A stretch of DNA of 64,000 bases from NCBI GenBank assembly GCA_041659225.1, contig JBAZYR010000005.1, positions 4,824-68,823 of the forward strand, read 5' to 3'. This DNA comes from Candidatus Staskawiczbacteria bacterium (GTDB lineage: Bacteria; Patescibacteriota; Minisyncoccia; Minisyncoccales; Staskawiczbacteraceae). Below, one piece after another: positions 1-9,467 of the stretch (position 1 is its first letter; each line of letters begins with the position of its first letter). The translations under genes and the position numbers were made by a program. The notes under the pieces are model-generated. The model saw only the letters and a program-made list of their open reading frames with translations, was not told the DNA's origin and made no database searches.

Positions 1-1359
1 GAATCACGCGAACCAGAAATCACACGGGAATTTGATTCTCCTGAAGAACTTGGAGACGAAGTACAAAAATATCGTGAAGGGAAGTCGGCGGATATATATG
101 CCCGGAACGAGTATCCGGAATTAAGAGAGCGCGAGAAAGAGTTCGCCGACATGTTAGAAGCTCCTGATTCTGCATTATTTAATGCAGGTATGGCGGCTAT
201 CCATACCGCAATAGAGGCTGAAGATTTAAAGCCCGGTGATGTTGTCCTTTGTGGTAAAGATACTTATTCACAAACCAAGAAAGTGTTCGCTAGTTTAAAA
301 GCGAAGGGCGTTAAAACTGTTAGCGTTGACTCCGGAGATATGGAGGAAATCGAGAAAAAGATTAAGGACGAAAAACCGAGGCTCATAATTTTAGAATCTG
401 TAGCCAACGCCAAGGAAATGCAGGTAAATGATACAAAAAGATTAGTCGAACTCGCTAGACAGGCGAACGCAGAATACGCACACAGTTTTTCGCTGGATAA
501 TCTGCTCAATGAATATCTCGCCAGGGAGGAGAAATACGAGGATTTGGCAGCAAATCCTGAGTTTAAAAAAGAGCTTGTCGATAAGGTTAAGGAATTTAAG
601 GCCGGCAACAATCCTTTTGTTTTCCGAGACACTGTCAGGAGAATAGAGGCTGATACTGATTTAGATACCAAAGGATCTATCAGGGCTGCTGCGCGAATGG
701 TCAAATGGCTGCTTGCTAATAATCGGGAAAAAGTTTCGTTAATAATCGACAATTCATTGGTTTCTCCGGTGATTCATAATCCTTTAAAAGATCTGGAGGG
801 CCGGGATGTTGAAATGGTGGTAGTGGAAAGCGCAACGAAACATTATCAGGAAGGCGGTGATAAAATCACAATGGGAATAGCGTATTCCAACGATGTTGAG
901 AAGATAAAGAAGATAAAGGAAAAGCGTACGGAGATCGGAACCTATTTACAACCCACTGCCGAAGAAAAGATACCAGAAGATATTACGGAGAAAATGCCAA
1001 GCACCGTAAAGAGGCACGCAAGGAATGCGTTAGAACTGGCGACCCTTCTCAGTAAATCTGATAAAGTCCTTGAAGTCGGGCATCCTAATTTACCGGAGCA
1101 TAAACAAAACGAACTTGCCAAGCAAATTGCTCCCGAAGGACTAGTCACTTTGTTTTACTTGCGTGTTCCTAACGCAGCCGAGTTTATCGGTAGGGTAAAA
1201 GAACTAGCTGGCGACAAGGTCGGAGTTGGTGCAAGTTTCGGGCACCCTAAAACCTGGTTGGCGAACCTTACCGAACAGGACGTAAGGATTGCCGCCGGAA
1301 GCGAGAACGAACAAGATTTCAAGGCACTCGTGGACATTTTTAAGAAAGCGGTTGAATAA
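1..1359 (+). CDS. PLP-dependent Cys/Met-metabolism (trans-sulfuration family) enzyme, 5'-truncated by window edge
   Basis: Frame 1 is open from nt 1 (ESREPEITREF...YARNEYPELREREKEFADMLEAPD), so the M at 151 is internal. Family blocks: NAGMAAI, IIDNSLVSP, ESATKHYQEGGD (PLP-lysine context). About 90 aa of extra sequence (EYAHSF...REKVSL) lies between the conserved blocks. Confidence 0.6.
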   Translation, partial: ESREPEITREFDSPEELGDEVQKYREGKSADIYARNEYPELREREKEFADMLEAPDSALFNAGMAAIHTAIEAEDLKPGDVVLCGKDTYSQTKKVFASLKAKGVKTVSVDSGDMEEIEKKIKDEKPRLIILESVANAKEMQVNDTKRLVELARQANAEYAHSFSLDNLLNEYLAREEKYEDLAANPEFKKELVDKVKEFKAGNNPFVFRDTVRRIEADTDLDTKGSIRAAARMVKWLLANNREKVSLIIDNSLVSPVIHNPLKDLEGRDVEMVVVESATKHYQEGGDKITMGIAYSNDVEKIKKIKEKRTEIGTYLQPTAEEKIPEDITEKMPSTVKRHARNALELATLLSKSDKVLEVGHPNLPEHKQNELAKQIAPEGLVTLFYLRVPNAAEFIGRVKELAGDKVGVGASFGHPKTWLANLTEQDVRIAAGSENEQDFKALVDIFKKAVE

Positions 1360-1367
1360 GGTTAACA

Positions 1368-2330
1368 ATGAAAATGAATAGAATTCTTGATTCAGCGAGG
1401 TTCGTAATCGAAAACTCGGATTTTGTAAAGATAAATAAAGAGAGAGTGGTTCAGTTTTCAGCCGGGTTCGATCACGGGAAAGCCGAGCACTGGTTGAGTG
1501 CAGCGCCTTTTGATTTTTCTAATCTTACCGAAGATGAAAAATTGCATTTCCTTTTCATCTTTAACTCCCTTAGTTTTTCTTATTGGGGTGAACCGAAATG
1601 GACAGTTCACTATAAAGATATGCAATACGATGGCGCTTGGGGTTTAATTGTGGCTCTCGACAAAGCGATAAAAAATGGTACTAAGCTGCTCGATTTCAAA
1701 TTTTGTTCTAAAATAAGTTTGGACGAATTTAAAAGAATATTGGAGGCAAATGTTGAGATTCCGTTACTTAAAGAGCGGTGGAAAATTTTACATGAGATAG
1801 GGGAGAATATGGCAAATAAGTATGGGGGCCGGGTACGTAATCTTATCAATGAAGCGAATAACGATGCCCCGAAACTTTTAGATTTAATCCTGCAGAATTT
1901 TTCATCCTTTCAAGACACTGCCGTGTATAAAGGCAAAGAGGTCTATTTCCAGAAGCGTGCCCAACTTTTCGTGGCCGATGTTTTTCAAATTTTTGATGGT
2001 GAAGGGTTCGGAATGCTAAATAAAGTCGATACGATAACTGCCTGTGCGGATTATAAACTTCCGCAAGTTTTACGGAAGTTAGGTGTTTTCGAATACGAGC
2101 CGTCTCTATCGGAAAAAATCGACGGCAAAATTGAACTTATCCATAATTCCCCAGAGGAAGTTGAGATAAGAGCAAACACTATTTGGGCCGTTGAATTTAT
2201 TAAAGAAGAAGTAAAAAAGCATAGTCCAGATATTATGTCCTTTGAAATTAATGATCATTTATGGCTTGCGACACAAGAGAAGTTTCCAGATGATAAACCG
2301 TACCACCGAACGCGCACAACGGCATATTAG
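1368..2330 (+). CDS. queuosine salvage protein (DUF2419/Qng1 family)
   Basis: 320 aa. Recognisable family blocks: FIFNSLSFSYWGEPKW, FQKRAQLFVAD, ACADYKLPQVLR and the C-terminal HRTRTTAY. Confidence 0.7.
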   Translation: MKMNRILDSARFVIENSDFVKINKERVVQFSAGFDHGKAEHWLSAAPFDFSNLTEDEKLHFLFIFNSLSFSYWGEPKWTVHYKDMQYDGAWGLIVALDKAIKNGTKLLDFKFCSKISLDEFKRILEANVEIPLLKERWKILHEIGENMANKYGGRVRNLINEANNDAPKLLDLILQNFSSFQDTAVYKGKEVYFQKRAQLFVADVFQIFDGEGFGMLNKVDTITACADYKLPQVLRKLGVFEYEPSLSEKIDGKIELIHNSPEEVEIRANTIWAVEFIKEEVKKHSPDIMSFEINDHLWLATQEKFPDDKPYHRTRTTAY

Positions 2331-2358
2331 AATTAGTTTTTTAACTTTTAAATAATTG

Positions 2359-2613
2359 ATGGCACACTACACATATATTTTAGAATGTGCGGACAAATCT
2401 TTGTACGTCGGCTGTACGAATGATATCGGAAAGAGGGTAAAGCAGCACAACGAGGCAAAGTGCGGTGCTCACTATACAAAGATTCGAAGACCAGTAAAGC
2501 TAGTTTATTCTGAGAAATTTAGTGATTTGAAATCAGCCAGAGGCCGGGAAGCGGAGATAAAAAAATGGAGAAGAAGTAAAAAATTAGAACTTGTACGGGG
2601 ACACAAGAGATGA
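2359..2613 (+). CDS. GIY-YIG nuclease family protein (UPF0213-like)
   Basis: YTYILECADKSLYVGCTNDIGKRVKQHN...ARGREAEIKKW is a classic GIY-YIG core. The ATG at 2359 follows the TTG listed at 2356. Confidence 0.85.
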   Translation: MAHYTYILECADKSLYVGCTNDIGKRVKQHNEAKCGAHYTKIRRPVKLVYSEKFSDLKSARGREAEIKKWRRSKKLELVRGHKR

Positions 2614-2730
2614 CATATTTCCGTTTTGGATAACAATTTTTTGGTTGCGTCATATGAAGAAAGGTTGACAGTTGTTATATAGGGAACATAATAAAGTAAT
2701 GTGTATTGTAAATTATTGATATAATAAGAG

Positions 2731-5361
2731 ATGAAAAAATATATATTTCTGGCTTCTTTATTAGTAATCATTCTATTCGTTCTGGCACAGGTTTCTCTTT
2801 TTTTCTTCGATTTACCCTTTGGCTCGTGGCTGCGGAGTGTAAAAAACAGTTTCTGGCAGACCGCTGCCGTTAGCAAGGCAGGTGAAAACGTTTCCCTGAC
2901 CGGGGAATTGGTCCAGTGGCACTTAGACGATATCCAAGGAAAGAAAAGTAAAAACCTTTTTTCTCTTAAATTGGCCGGACAGGAATATTCGCTTGATTTT
3001 GAGCAGGAAGTCGAGGAAATGTTTATTGAAAAAACTGTCGCTACCGTCACTGGAAAAAAGACGGGCAATAAAATTCGTGTTTCTAGAGATGGGCTCCAGA
3101 TAGTCTCCAAACCAAATCCTAAAATTGTCCCCATGGATTTCGGGCCAACGACTAAAAAAGTGGCAGTAATTCTCTTTAATTTCCAGGATAATACCGCTCA
3201 GCCATGGACCGTCGACAATATCCGTGCGAAGACTTTTACTGATCCGACATCGGTCAAAGCGTATTATAACGAGGCTTCCTTCGAAAAATTAATTTTAAGT
3301 AGCGCGATACGCGGCGATGGTGACGTTTTCGGTTGGTATACGGTGCCATTTCCAGAGGGTGTTAACTGTTTGGAATCCACCAATCGGGCGTGGGCGCAAA
3401 ATGCCGAAACTCAAGCAGCTGCTAACGGTTTTATAAAAAGCAACTATGACGCGGTTATCTATGCTTTTCCCTGGGTTGAGGCCTGTAGCGGTTGGAGCGG
3501 CTGGACCTTCGGCATTGGAAGCAGTCAGGTCTGGATTAATGGCTCCTATTCACTTTACACCGTTGGTCATGAACTTGGGCATGTTTTCGGCGTTAACCAT
3601 GCTTCTACATACAATTGCACTAATAGCCAGGGAGCCCGAGTCCCCATCAGTGACACTTGCACGACAAACGAATATGGTGACCCTTTTGATATCATGGGCT
3701 ATCCTGCGACTAAACATTTTAGCGGATTTCATAAGGCTCAGTTACCGGGCAATTGGTTCGGTTCGAATAATATACAAACTGTCTCTGCAGATGGAACATT
3801 CACCTTGAGGCCGCTTGAATCAGGTTCAGAAGGCCTGCAATCTTTAAGAATTCCCAAGGATATTGATTCGCAAGGCTTAGCCACCAGTTATTATTATTTA
3901 GAATATCGTCAACCTTTAGGTTTCGATAATTTTAACATAACTGATCCGGTGGTTAACGGCGTTTCTGTCCGGCTGGCTTCCGATTACTCGAGTTCTGGCT
4001 TTTCCCGGCTGATAGATAATACTTCTGCTACTGCTAGTTTCTCTGACTCCGCGCTGGCAGCCGGAAACACCTTTACCGATTCCGCAAAAGGAATAAGTAT
4101 CACCACCATGAGTGTCTCTGCTCCCTCTGACCCCGATAAAAAAGCCGTCGTTAGTATCGACATAAATCCCGGCTGTGCCCGGGCTAATCCGTTAGCGACG
4201 TTTACTCCGTCTTCACAAACCGGAAATCGAGGTGAGACGCTTACATATTCGGTAAATATCACTAACAACGATACTACTTCATGCTCTTCCTCGATTTTTG
4301 CTCTTGCCCTAGCCATCCCAAGTGGATGGCTCTATTCCGCTTCGAGCGAACAGGTGACTTTGAATCCTGGTGAAAGCCAAACGATTGATCTAGATGTCAC
4401 GGCGTCTCAAAATGCAACGGCCGGTAGTTTCGTACTTCCCTTGCTCGTCAGCGACATTGCCAATCCTAATCGGCTGGTAAGCAAGAAGTCCTATTATGAG
4501 GTAATCGATTGTGGCAACAGTATTTGCGAGAATAAAGAAGACTTTTTATGGTGTCCGAGTGACTGTAACGCCTATCGAGTTTTCGTTTCGAGTACTTCTT
4601 ATTCTGGGAATCTTGGCGGCGTGTCTGGAGCTGATGCCACCTGCCAGGCGTTGGCTCAAGCTGCAGGCCTAACTGGCAATTGGATGGCGTATCTGGGTGA
4701 CAATTCTACCGGTCCGATGGAAAGATTGTTTCAAGCGGTTGTCGACCGGCCTTACAAACTCGTGAACGGTACCCTGCTGGCCACCAATCGGGCCGATTTG
4801 GCGGACCGAACAGTGTCGGCCCCGATCAACGTAGCTGAAGATGGCTCTACCGTTCCCAGCAGCGATGTTTGGACAGGTTCTAACAGTTTTAACGTGAGGC
4901 AGGATATGCCGATGAATTATTCTGACGCCAGATGCTATAACTGGACGTCCAATAAAAGCGCTCCTTTAATCGGAATTTCGGGCACTAATGATAACTTGGG
5001 CGCTTGGGACGGAGTCAAATTTCCTTCTTGCTCAAATTACAATCGGCTTTACTGTTTTGAGAAATATTATGCTGACACGACTCCTCCGGCTGTTGCTATT
5101 ACCACTCCGATCAACGGTTTCGTTTTACCCAGTAAGGGCACGGTGATTGTTTCTGCCGACGCAGCTGATCAAAGTGGAATCAGCAAAATCGAGATTTTCA
5201 TTGATAATGTCTCCAAGCAAGTCTGTTCTAATATCAACACCTGTCCGTATTCATGGAATGTGCAGGGAGTGACCCGAGGGACACACTCCATCAAAGTTGA
5301 TGCCACCGACGGTTCCATTCCAGCAAATATTTCAAGTACCAATATCGTCGTAACCAAGTAA
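2731..5361 (+). CDS. secreted zinc metalloprotease (HExxH) with Cys-rich and Ig-like C-terminal domains
   Basis: N-terminal hydrophobic signal/anchor. Motif VGHELGHVFGVNHA. A Cys-rich block resembling DUF1554 (YRVFVSSTSYSGNLGG..GADATCQ). The C-terminal part looks like an Ig-like domain (PPAVAITTP...KVDATDG). Confidence 0.65.
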   Translation: MKKYIFLASLLVIILFVLAQVSLFFFDLPFGSWLRSVKNSFWQTAAVSKAGENVSLTGELVQWHLDDIQGKKSKNLFSLKLAGQEYSLDFEQEVEEMFIEKTVATVTGKKTGNKIRVSRDGLQIVSKPNPKIVPMDFGPTTKKVAVILFNFQDNTAQPWTVDNIRAKTFTDPTSVKAYYNEASFEKLILSSAIRGDGDVFGWYTVPFPEGVNCLESTNRAWAQNAETQAAANGFIKSNYDAVIYAFPWVEACSGWSGWTFGIGSSQVWINGSYSLYTVGHELGHVFGVNHASTYNCTNSQGARVPISDTCTTNEYGDPFDIMGYPATKHFSGFHKAQLPGNWFGSNNIQTVSADGTFTLRPLESGSEGLQSLRIPKDIDSQGLATSYYYLEYRQPLGFDNFNITDPVVNGVSVRLASDYSSSGFSRLIDNTSATASFSDSALAAGNTFTDSAKGISITTMSVSAPSDPDKKAVVSIDINPGCARANPLATFTPSSQTGNRGETLTYSVNITNNDTTSCSSSIFALALAIPSGWLYSASSEQVTLNPGESQTIDLDVTASQNATAGSFVLPLLVSDIANPNRLVSKKSYYEVIDCGNSICENKEDFLWCPSDCNAYRVFVSSTSYSGNLGGVSGADATCQALAQAAGLTGNWMAYLGDNSTGPMERLFQAVVDRPYKLVNGTLLATNRADLADRTVSAPINVAEDGSTVPSSDVWTGSNSFNVRQDMPMNYSDARCYNWTSNKSAPLIGISGTNDNLGAWDGVKFPSCSNYNRLYCFEKYYADTTPPAVAITTPINGFVLPSKGTVIVSADAADQSGISKIEIFIDNVSKQVCSNINTCPYSWNVQGVTRGTHSIKVDATDGSIPANISSTNIVVTK

Positions 5362-5435
5362 TGCAAGCGGAATTCCGGAGTTTTAATTATATTTGGGGTT
5401 GATACAATCAGCTGCTGTATTTGAAGATATACATG

Positions 5436-5466
5436 CAAAAAAAGTCGCCATTTCGGCGATTTTTTG
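5436..5466 (+). terminator. intrinsic terminator after the metalloprotease gene
   Basis: A-run, then TCGCC-attt(c)-GGCGA hairpin, then T-run (aaaaaaagTCGCCatttcGGCGAtttttt). This argues against the TTG/ATG starts at 5421/5433 for the next ORF. Confidence 0.55.
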
Positions 5467-5471
5467 CTATC

Positions 5472-6344
5472 ATGCATAATATGGAAAAAGATAACGCGAA
5501 GAAAGTTTCTAAAGATAAATACGGAGCTGTGTGGGTGTCTCACTCGTCCATCGGCGATTTTTTGAAATGTCCCCGAGCCTATTATCTGCATAATATGTAT
5601 AAGAATAAAGAAAATCGAAAGATAAATTTAGTAAGTCCGGCTTTATCGTTAGGCTCGGCGGTGCACGAAACTCTGGAAGGCTTGGCAAAGTACAAAGTGG
5701 CCGAAAGGTTTAAAAAACCTTTATTGGATACGTTCGAGGAAAATTGGAAAAAGTTCTCCGGTAAGATCGGCGGATTCAGACTAAAGGAAGAGGAAGATAA
5801 TGCAAAGGAACGCGCGCGGCAAATGGTAGAAAGGGTTGTTAAAAATCCCGGGCCTCTGCTAAATAAAACGCTAAAATTGAAGACCGACGAAAGCGGGATG
5901 CCGCCGAACTTTCTTTTGTCCGAAGCCGATAACATAATATTAAATGGAAAGGTTGATTGGTTAGAATACGTTGATGCAGACGACAGTGTGCGGGTTATCG
6001 ATTTTAAAACCGGGAAAACCGAAGAAGGGCAAGACTCGCTTCAGTTGCCGATATATATTCTACTTTTGAACGCTCTGCAGAAACGAAAGGTTTCAGGTGT
6101 TGCGTATTGGTATTTAGATCATGCCGATGCTCCAACAAGCATCGCGCTGCCCGATATTGAAAGCGCCCGTGAAAGGGTTTTGTCGGCTGCAAAAATGATT
6201 AAAATAGCCCGGGAGAAAGGTCGTTTTGAGTGCACGAGAGGAACACAAGGTTGTTTTGCGTGCCAGCCGTACGAAAAGATTTTAAGGGGCGAAGCGGAGT
6301 TCGTAGGCATCGGCGGATATAATCAGGAATTGTATCTAATATGA
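5472..6344 (+). CDS. PD-(D/E)XK nuclease, Cas4/AddB-like with Fe-S cysteines
   Basis: N-terminal FLKCPRAYYL, core IDFKTGK, C-terminal CTRGTQGCFACQPY (1+3 Cys pattern). Start moved downstream of the terminator hairpin (ATG 5472 or 5481). The stop overlaps the next start (ATGA at 6341). Confidence 0.7.
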   Translation: MHNMEKDNAKKVSKDKYGAVWVSHSSIGDFLKCPRAYYLHNMYKNKENRKINLVSPALSLGSAVHETLEGLAKYKVAERFKKPLLDTFEENWKKFSGKIGGFRLKEEEDNAKERARQMVERVVKNPGPLLNKTLKLKTDESGMPPNFLLSEADNIILNGKVDWLEYVDADDSVRVIDFKTGKTEEGQDSLQLPIYILLLNALQKRKVSGVAYWYLDHADAPTSIALPDIESARERVLSAAKMIKIAREKGRFECTRGTQGCFACQPYEKILRGEAEFVGIGGYNQELYLI

Positions 6345-7654
6345 CACAGGAAGAAGCGTTGAGCGCTATGAAAATGGGGTACAATGTATTCCTTACCGGC
6401 CCGCCAGGGAGCGGTAAAACTTTTTTATTAAACCGATATATCTTGTACTTAAAGAAGAAGGACATCGCAGTTTCAATCACCGCCAGTACGGGTATCGCAG
6501 CTACCCATATGGGCGGCACAACTTTACATTCGTGGTCAGGATTGGGGATAAGAGAGGAAGTCGGGGATGACGAAGTAAAATATATTGCCGACAAGGGATA
6601 TTTGCGCAAACGAATAAAAAACACGAATGTTTTGATCATTGACGAGATATCTATGATAAAGGCTTCGCAGTTCGAGGCGGTAAACAAGATTTGCCAATAT
6701 GTGCGGCGAAACCCACGGCCATTCGGCGGAATTCAGGTCATATGTTCGGGTGACTTTTTTCAATTGCCTCCAGTTGAAAGAGAGGGGAGAGAGGTAAAGT
6801 TTGTCGTAGAGTCTAACATTTGGAAGAAAATGGATATGAAAATTTGTTACCTTCTTGAACAGTATAGGACAAAGGATAAAAAGCTGCATAAGCTGCTCGA
6901 CCATATACGTGATAATGAAATAGATAAATCAAAGGCAATACTGTTTGCTGCGCAAAAGAAAGCAAAACCCTTACAGGATGTGCCGACAAAATTGTATACG
7001 CATAATGTTGACGTGGACAGTATCAACAATTCAGAGTTAGCGAAAATATCGGGCAAAGAATATACATACCAAATGACGGGACGCGGGCACGAGGTAGTCG
7101 TAGCCGCATTAAAGAAAAGCTGCCTGGCTCCTGAAATGCTTGTTTTAAAAAAGGATGCCCAAGTTATGTTTATTAAAAACAACTTTGAGGCCGGCTATGT
7201 TAACGGCACGCAGGGAAAGATCGTCGGCTTTGTCGGCGACGGCCTGCCGATTGTCAAAACTCGTGACGGCAAGAGAATAACTGTAAAAACTGCTGATTGG
7301 ACGATTGAGGAAGAGAATTCAGTCGTGGCCGGCATTTCCCAAATACCCTTGAGGCTCGCGTGGGCAATTACAGTACATAAGTCTCAAGGAATGAACCTGG
7401 ACTCGGCGGAGATTGACCTTTCCCGGTGCTTTTTAGAAGGTATGGGTTACGTAGCTTTATCTCGCATAAGGTCGCTTGAAGGGCTGAAGTTGGTAGGCAT
7501 AAATAACCTGGCGTTTTGCGTGAATCCCCGGGCTTTGGAACTTGATAAAGATTTCAGAAAGTCCTCGAAAAAATCTCTGATTGAATTAAATAAAATGTCT
7601 GCTGCAGCTATAGGCAAGCGCCAGAAACTGTGGGTTAAGTATCTTTCTAACTGA
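6341..7654 (+). CDS. PIF1/RecD-family SF1 DNA helicase
   Basis: Walker A GPPGSGKTF, then ASTGIAA, LIIDEISM, GDFFQLPPV, ITVHKSQG. Confidence 0.8.
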   Translation: MTQEEALSAMKMGYNVFLTGPPGSGKTFLLNRYILYLKKKDIAVSITASTGIAATHMGGTTLHSWSGLGIREEVGDDEVKYIADKGYLRKRIKNTNVLIIDEISMIKASQFEAVNKICQYVRRNPRPFGGIQVICSGDFFQLPPVEREGREVKFVVESNIWKKMDMKICYLLEQYRTKDKKLHKLLDHIRDNEIDKSKAILFAAQKKAKPLQDVPTKLYTHNVDVDSINNSELAKISGKEYTYQMTGRGHEVVVAALKKSCLAPEMLVLKKDAQVMFIKNNFEAGYVNGTQGKIVGFVGDGLPIVKTRDGKRITVKTADWTIEEENSVVAGISQIPLRLAWAITVHKSQGMNLDSAEIDLSRCFLEGMGYVALSRIRSLEGLKLVGINNLAFCVNPRALELDKDFRKSSKKSLIELNKMSAAAIGKRQKLWVKYLSN

Positions 7655-7726
7655 AGCAGCAGAATCAGCAAACTGTCTTTTAATCGAGGCAGTTTTTTGG
7701 TAGAGTACAGTAATCAATTAAAAAAT

Positions 7727-8575
7727 ATGTTTTCCAGCGAAAGAAGAAGAGCAGAAGAATATTTAGACCGGACACGCGTGGTTGCTGAAGAAGAATCAGA
7801 TATTCTTTGTAAGAACTTTACCGAAATTGGTGCGGAAGTTGCAACTCCGTTAACTGAAAAGCCTTGGCAGGAAGAAGGCGTCGTTTCTTTTGAGCTGCCA
7901 ACGGATGAAACGCAGGAAAAACCAACAGTCTGTACCATAGAATACGATTCTTTTTTGGATGAAAAAATAACTGACCATGTCCGGGCGTATTCAAATCCTG
8001 ATGCGTATGACGATAAACCAGACGCAAGTCTTTACCGGCGCATTAAAGGTTTTGTTTTAGATAACGGTGAAGACAGATTTGATTTGAAAACCTTCGGAGA
8101 AAATTCCGTCTACATGTATTTCGATCCGAACGAAGACCCGCAGGCGTGCGTAGTTTCGTCGGCCGGCTTCATGGACGAGAAAATCGGGTTTTTTCACATT
8201 AAGGGCGACTTGAGGACAGTTTTCGGAATACATATTTTACTCCACGAGCTCGGACATATATCTTCTGAAAAGACGCCTTCTCGGGAGACGAAATTACGAA
8301 CCCTCGCTCGCGGGAAACATAACAGGCAAGAAGGGACCGTGGCGAAGGAACAGGCAGCTATTATACGTGCGGAGAAATCCGCAAGTGCATTTGCAGTAAA
8401 CCTTGAAAGAAAATTTCTCCCGGCAGATATTGTCCGAGATTTACGCACCTTGTGCCATTTTTCAATAAACAACTACCATCAGGAATTCGACGCTCAGGCA
8501 GAATTCAATAAAGGTCAGCACAAAGAGGGTTGGATAAAGGAAATGGCAAAAAAATTGTTCAAAGTAGAAACGTAA
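7727..8575 (+). CDS. hypothetical protein with HExxH motif (possible metallopeptidase)
   Basis: ILLHELGHISSE is the only recognisable motif. The listed TTG at 7697 lies inside the promoter-like TTTTTTGGTAGAGT, so the first ATG (7727) is used. Confidence 0.4.
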   Translation: MFSSERRRAEEYLDRTRVVAEEESDILCKNFTEIGAEVATPLTEKPWQEEGVVSFELPTDETQEKPTVCTIEYDSFLDEKITDHVRAYSNPDAYDDKPDASLYRRIKGFVLDNGEDRFDLKTFGENSVYMYFDPNEDPQACVVSSAGFMDEKIGFFHIKGDLRTVFGIHILLHELGHISSEKTPSRETKLRTLARGKHNRQEGTVAKEQAAIIRAEKSASAFAVNLERKFLPADIVRDLRTLCHFSINNYHQEFDAQAEFNKGQHKEGWIKEMAKKLFKVET

Positions 8576-8591
8576 ACTGTGGATGTAAACT

Positions 8592-9206
8592 ATGAATATA
8601 ATATTTGATTGGTCCGGCGTTATAAAAGACGCAGCAGCTGCACATTTGTGGGTAGTTAACCGAATGTTCGAAAAGTTTGGCTTAAAAGAAATCACTCTTG
8701 AGGAGCTCAAAGAAAATTGGGTGCAGCCCTATATGCTTTTCTATAACAAATATCTGCCCAATCTGACGTTGGAGGAAGAACAGACTGCCTATCGGGAGGC
8801 AATATTGCACGAGGATTGTCCTAAATCAACGGCTTTTCCAGGAATCCCCGAGCTCGTTAAGAAGTTAAAAAAGAGAGGGGATTATGTCGCAGTTATTAGT
8901 TCTGATTTGCCGGAAACTGTATTGCCCGAGATGAAGGAATACGGCCTGGAGAATATATTCGATGACGTTGTGATTCATACGCATGATAAAACTGAGGCGA
9001 TAAAGAATTTAATAAACGTTCATAGCATGGAACCCGCGGTAACTTTTTTTATCGGGGACAGCAACCACGAAATTATAGCCGGTAAACGCGCTAGAGTTAA
9101 GACAATTGCCGTAACGTGGGGCTTCAGTACCGAGCGAGGTTTAAAATCAGAAAATCCGGATTTCCTCGTCCACGATATTAAAGAGTTAGAAGAAGTTATA
9201 ACATGA
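8592..9206 (+). CDS. HAD-superfamily hydrolase (phosphatase-like)
   Basis: N-terminal IIFDWSGVI (DxD-type motif I position), VISSD, FIGDSNHEIIAGKRA (motif IV). Confidence 0.7.
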   Translation: MNIIFDWSGVIKDAAAAHLWVVNRMFEKFGLKEITLEELKENWVQPYMLFYNKYLPNLTLEEEQTAYREAILHEDCPKSTAFPGIPELVKKLKKRGDYVAVISSDLPETVLPEMKEYGLENIFDDVVIHTHDKTEAIKNLINVHSMEPAVTFFIGDSNHEIIAGKRARVKTIAVTWGFSTERGLKSENPDFLVHDIKELEEVIT

Positions 9207-9466
9207 CAATAATAAAAAAGAAAATATGGCCGGAGTATTTTGAACTCGTTTCATCCGGCAAAAAGAAATTCGAGTTGCGGCTCGCCGATTTCGATATTAA
9301 CGAAGGAGATACTTTATTGCTTGAAGAGTGGGATCCAAAAACAAAACAATACACGGGCAGAAGCATCGAGAAGAAGGCGGGATACGTACTACGTTTTAAG
9401 CTTAATGATTTCGGACAAGAGGAAGTGATCAAAGAAAAGGGGCTAGTCGTAATCCAGTTAGATTAG
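9203..9466 (+). CDS. ASCH/DUF3850-like small protein
   Basis: KKIWPEYFELVSSGKKKFELRLADFDINEGDTLLLEEWD matches the DUF3850/ASCH beta-barrel pattern. Start overlaps the upstream stop (ATGA). Confidence 0.55.
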   Translation: MTIIKKKIWPEYFELVSSGKKKFELRLADFDINEGDTLLLEEWDPKTKQYTGRSIEKKAGYVLRFKLNDFGQEEVIKEKGLVVIQLD

Positions 9467-9467
9467 T

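Noticed and set aside
2505-3134. 209-aa minus-strand ORF spanning the GIY-YIG 3' end, the intergenic region and the metalloprotease 5' end
   Set aside because: It overlaps two well-supported plus-strand genes and their promoter region, and its sequence is low-complexity.
6199-6687. 162-aa minus-strand ORF across the nuclease/helicase junction (and similar antisense ORFs at 6536-6904, 6847-7182, 47010-47504)
   Set aside because: These are antisense to motif-supported CDSs. In an AT-rich genome they reflect chance absence of stops.
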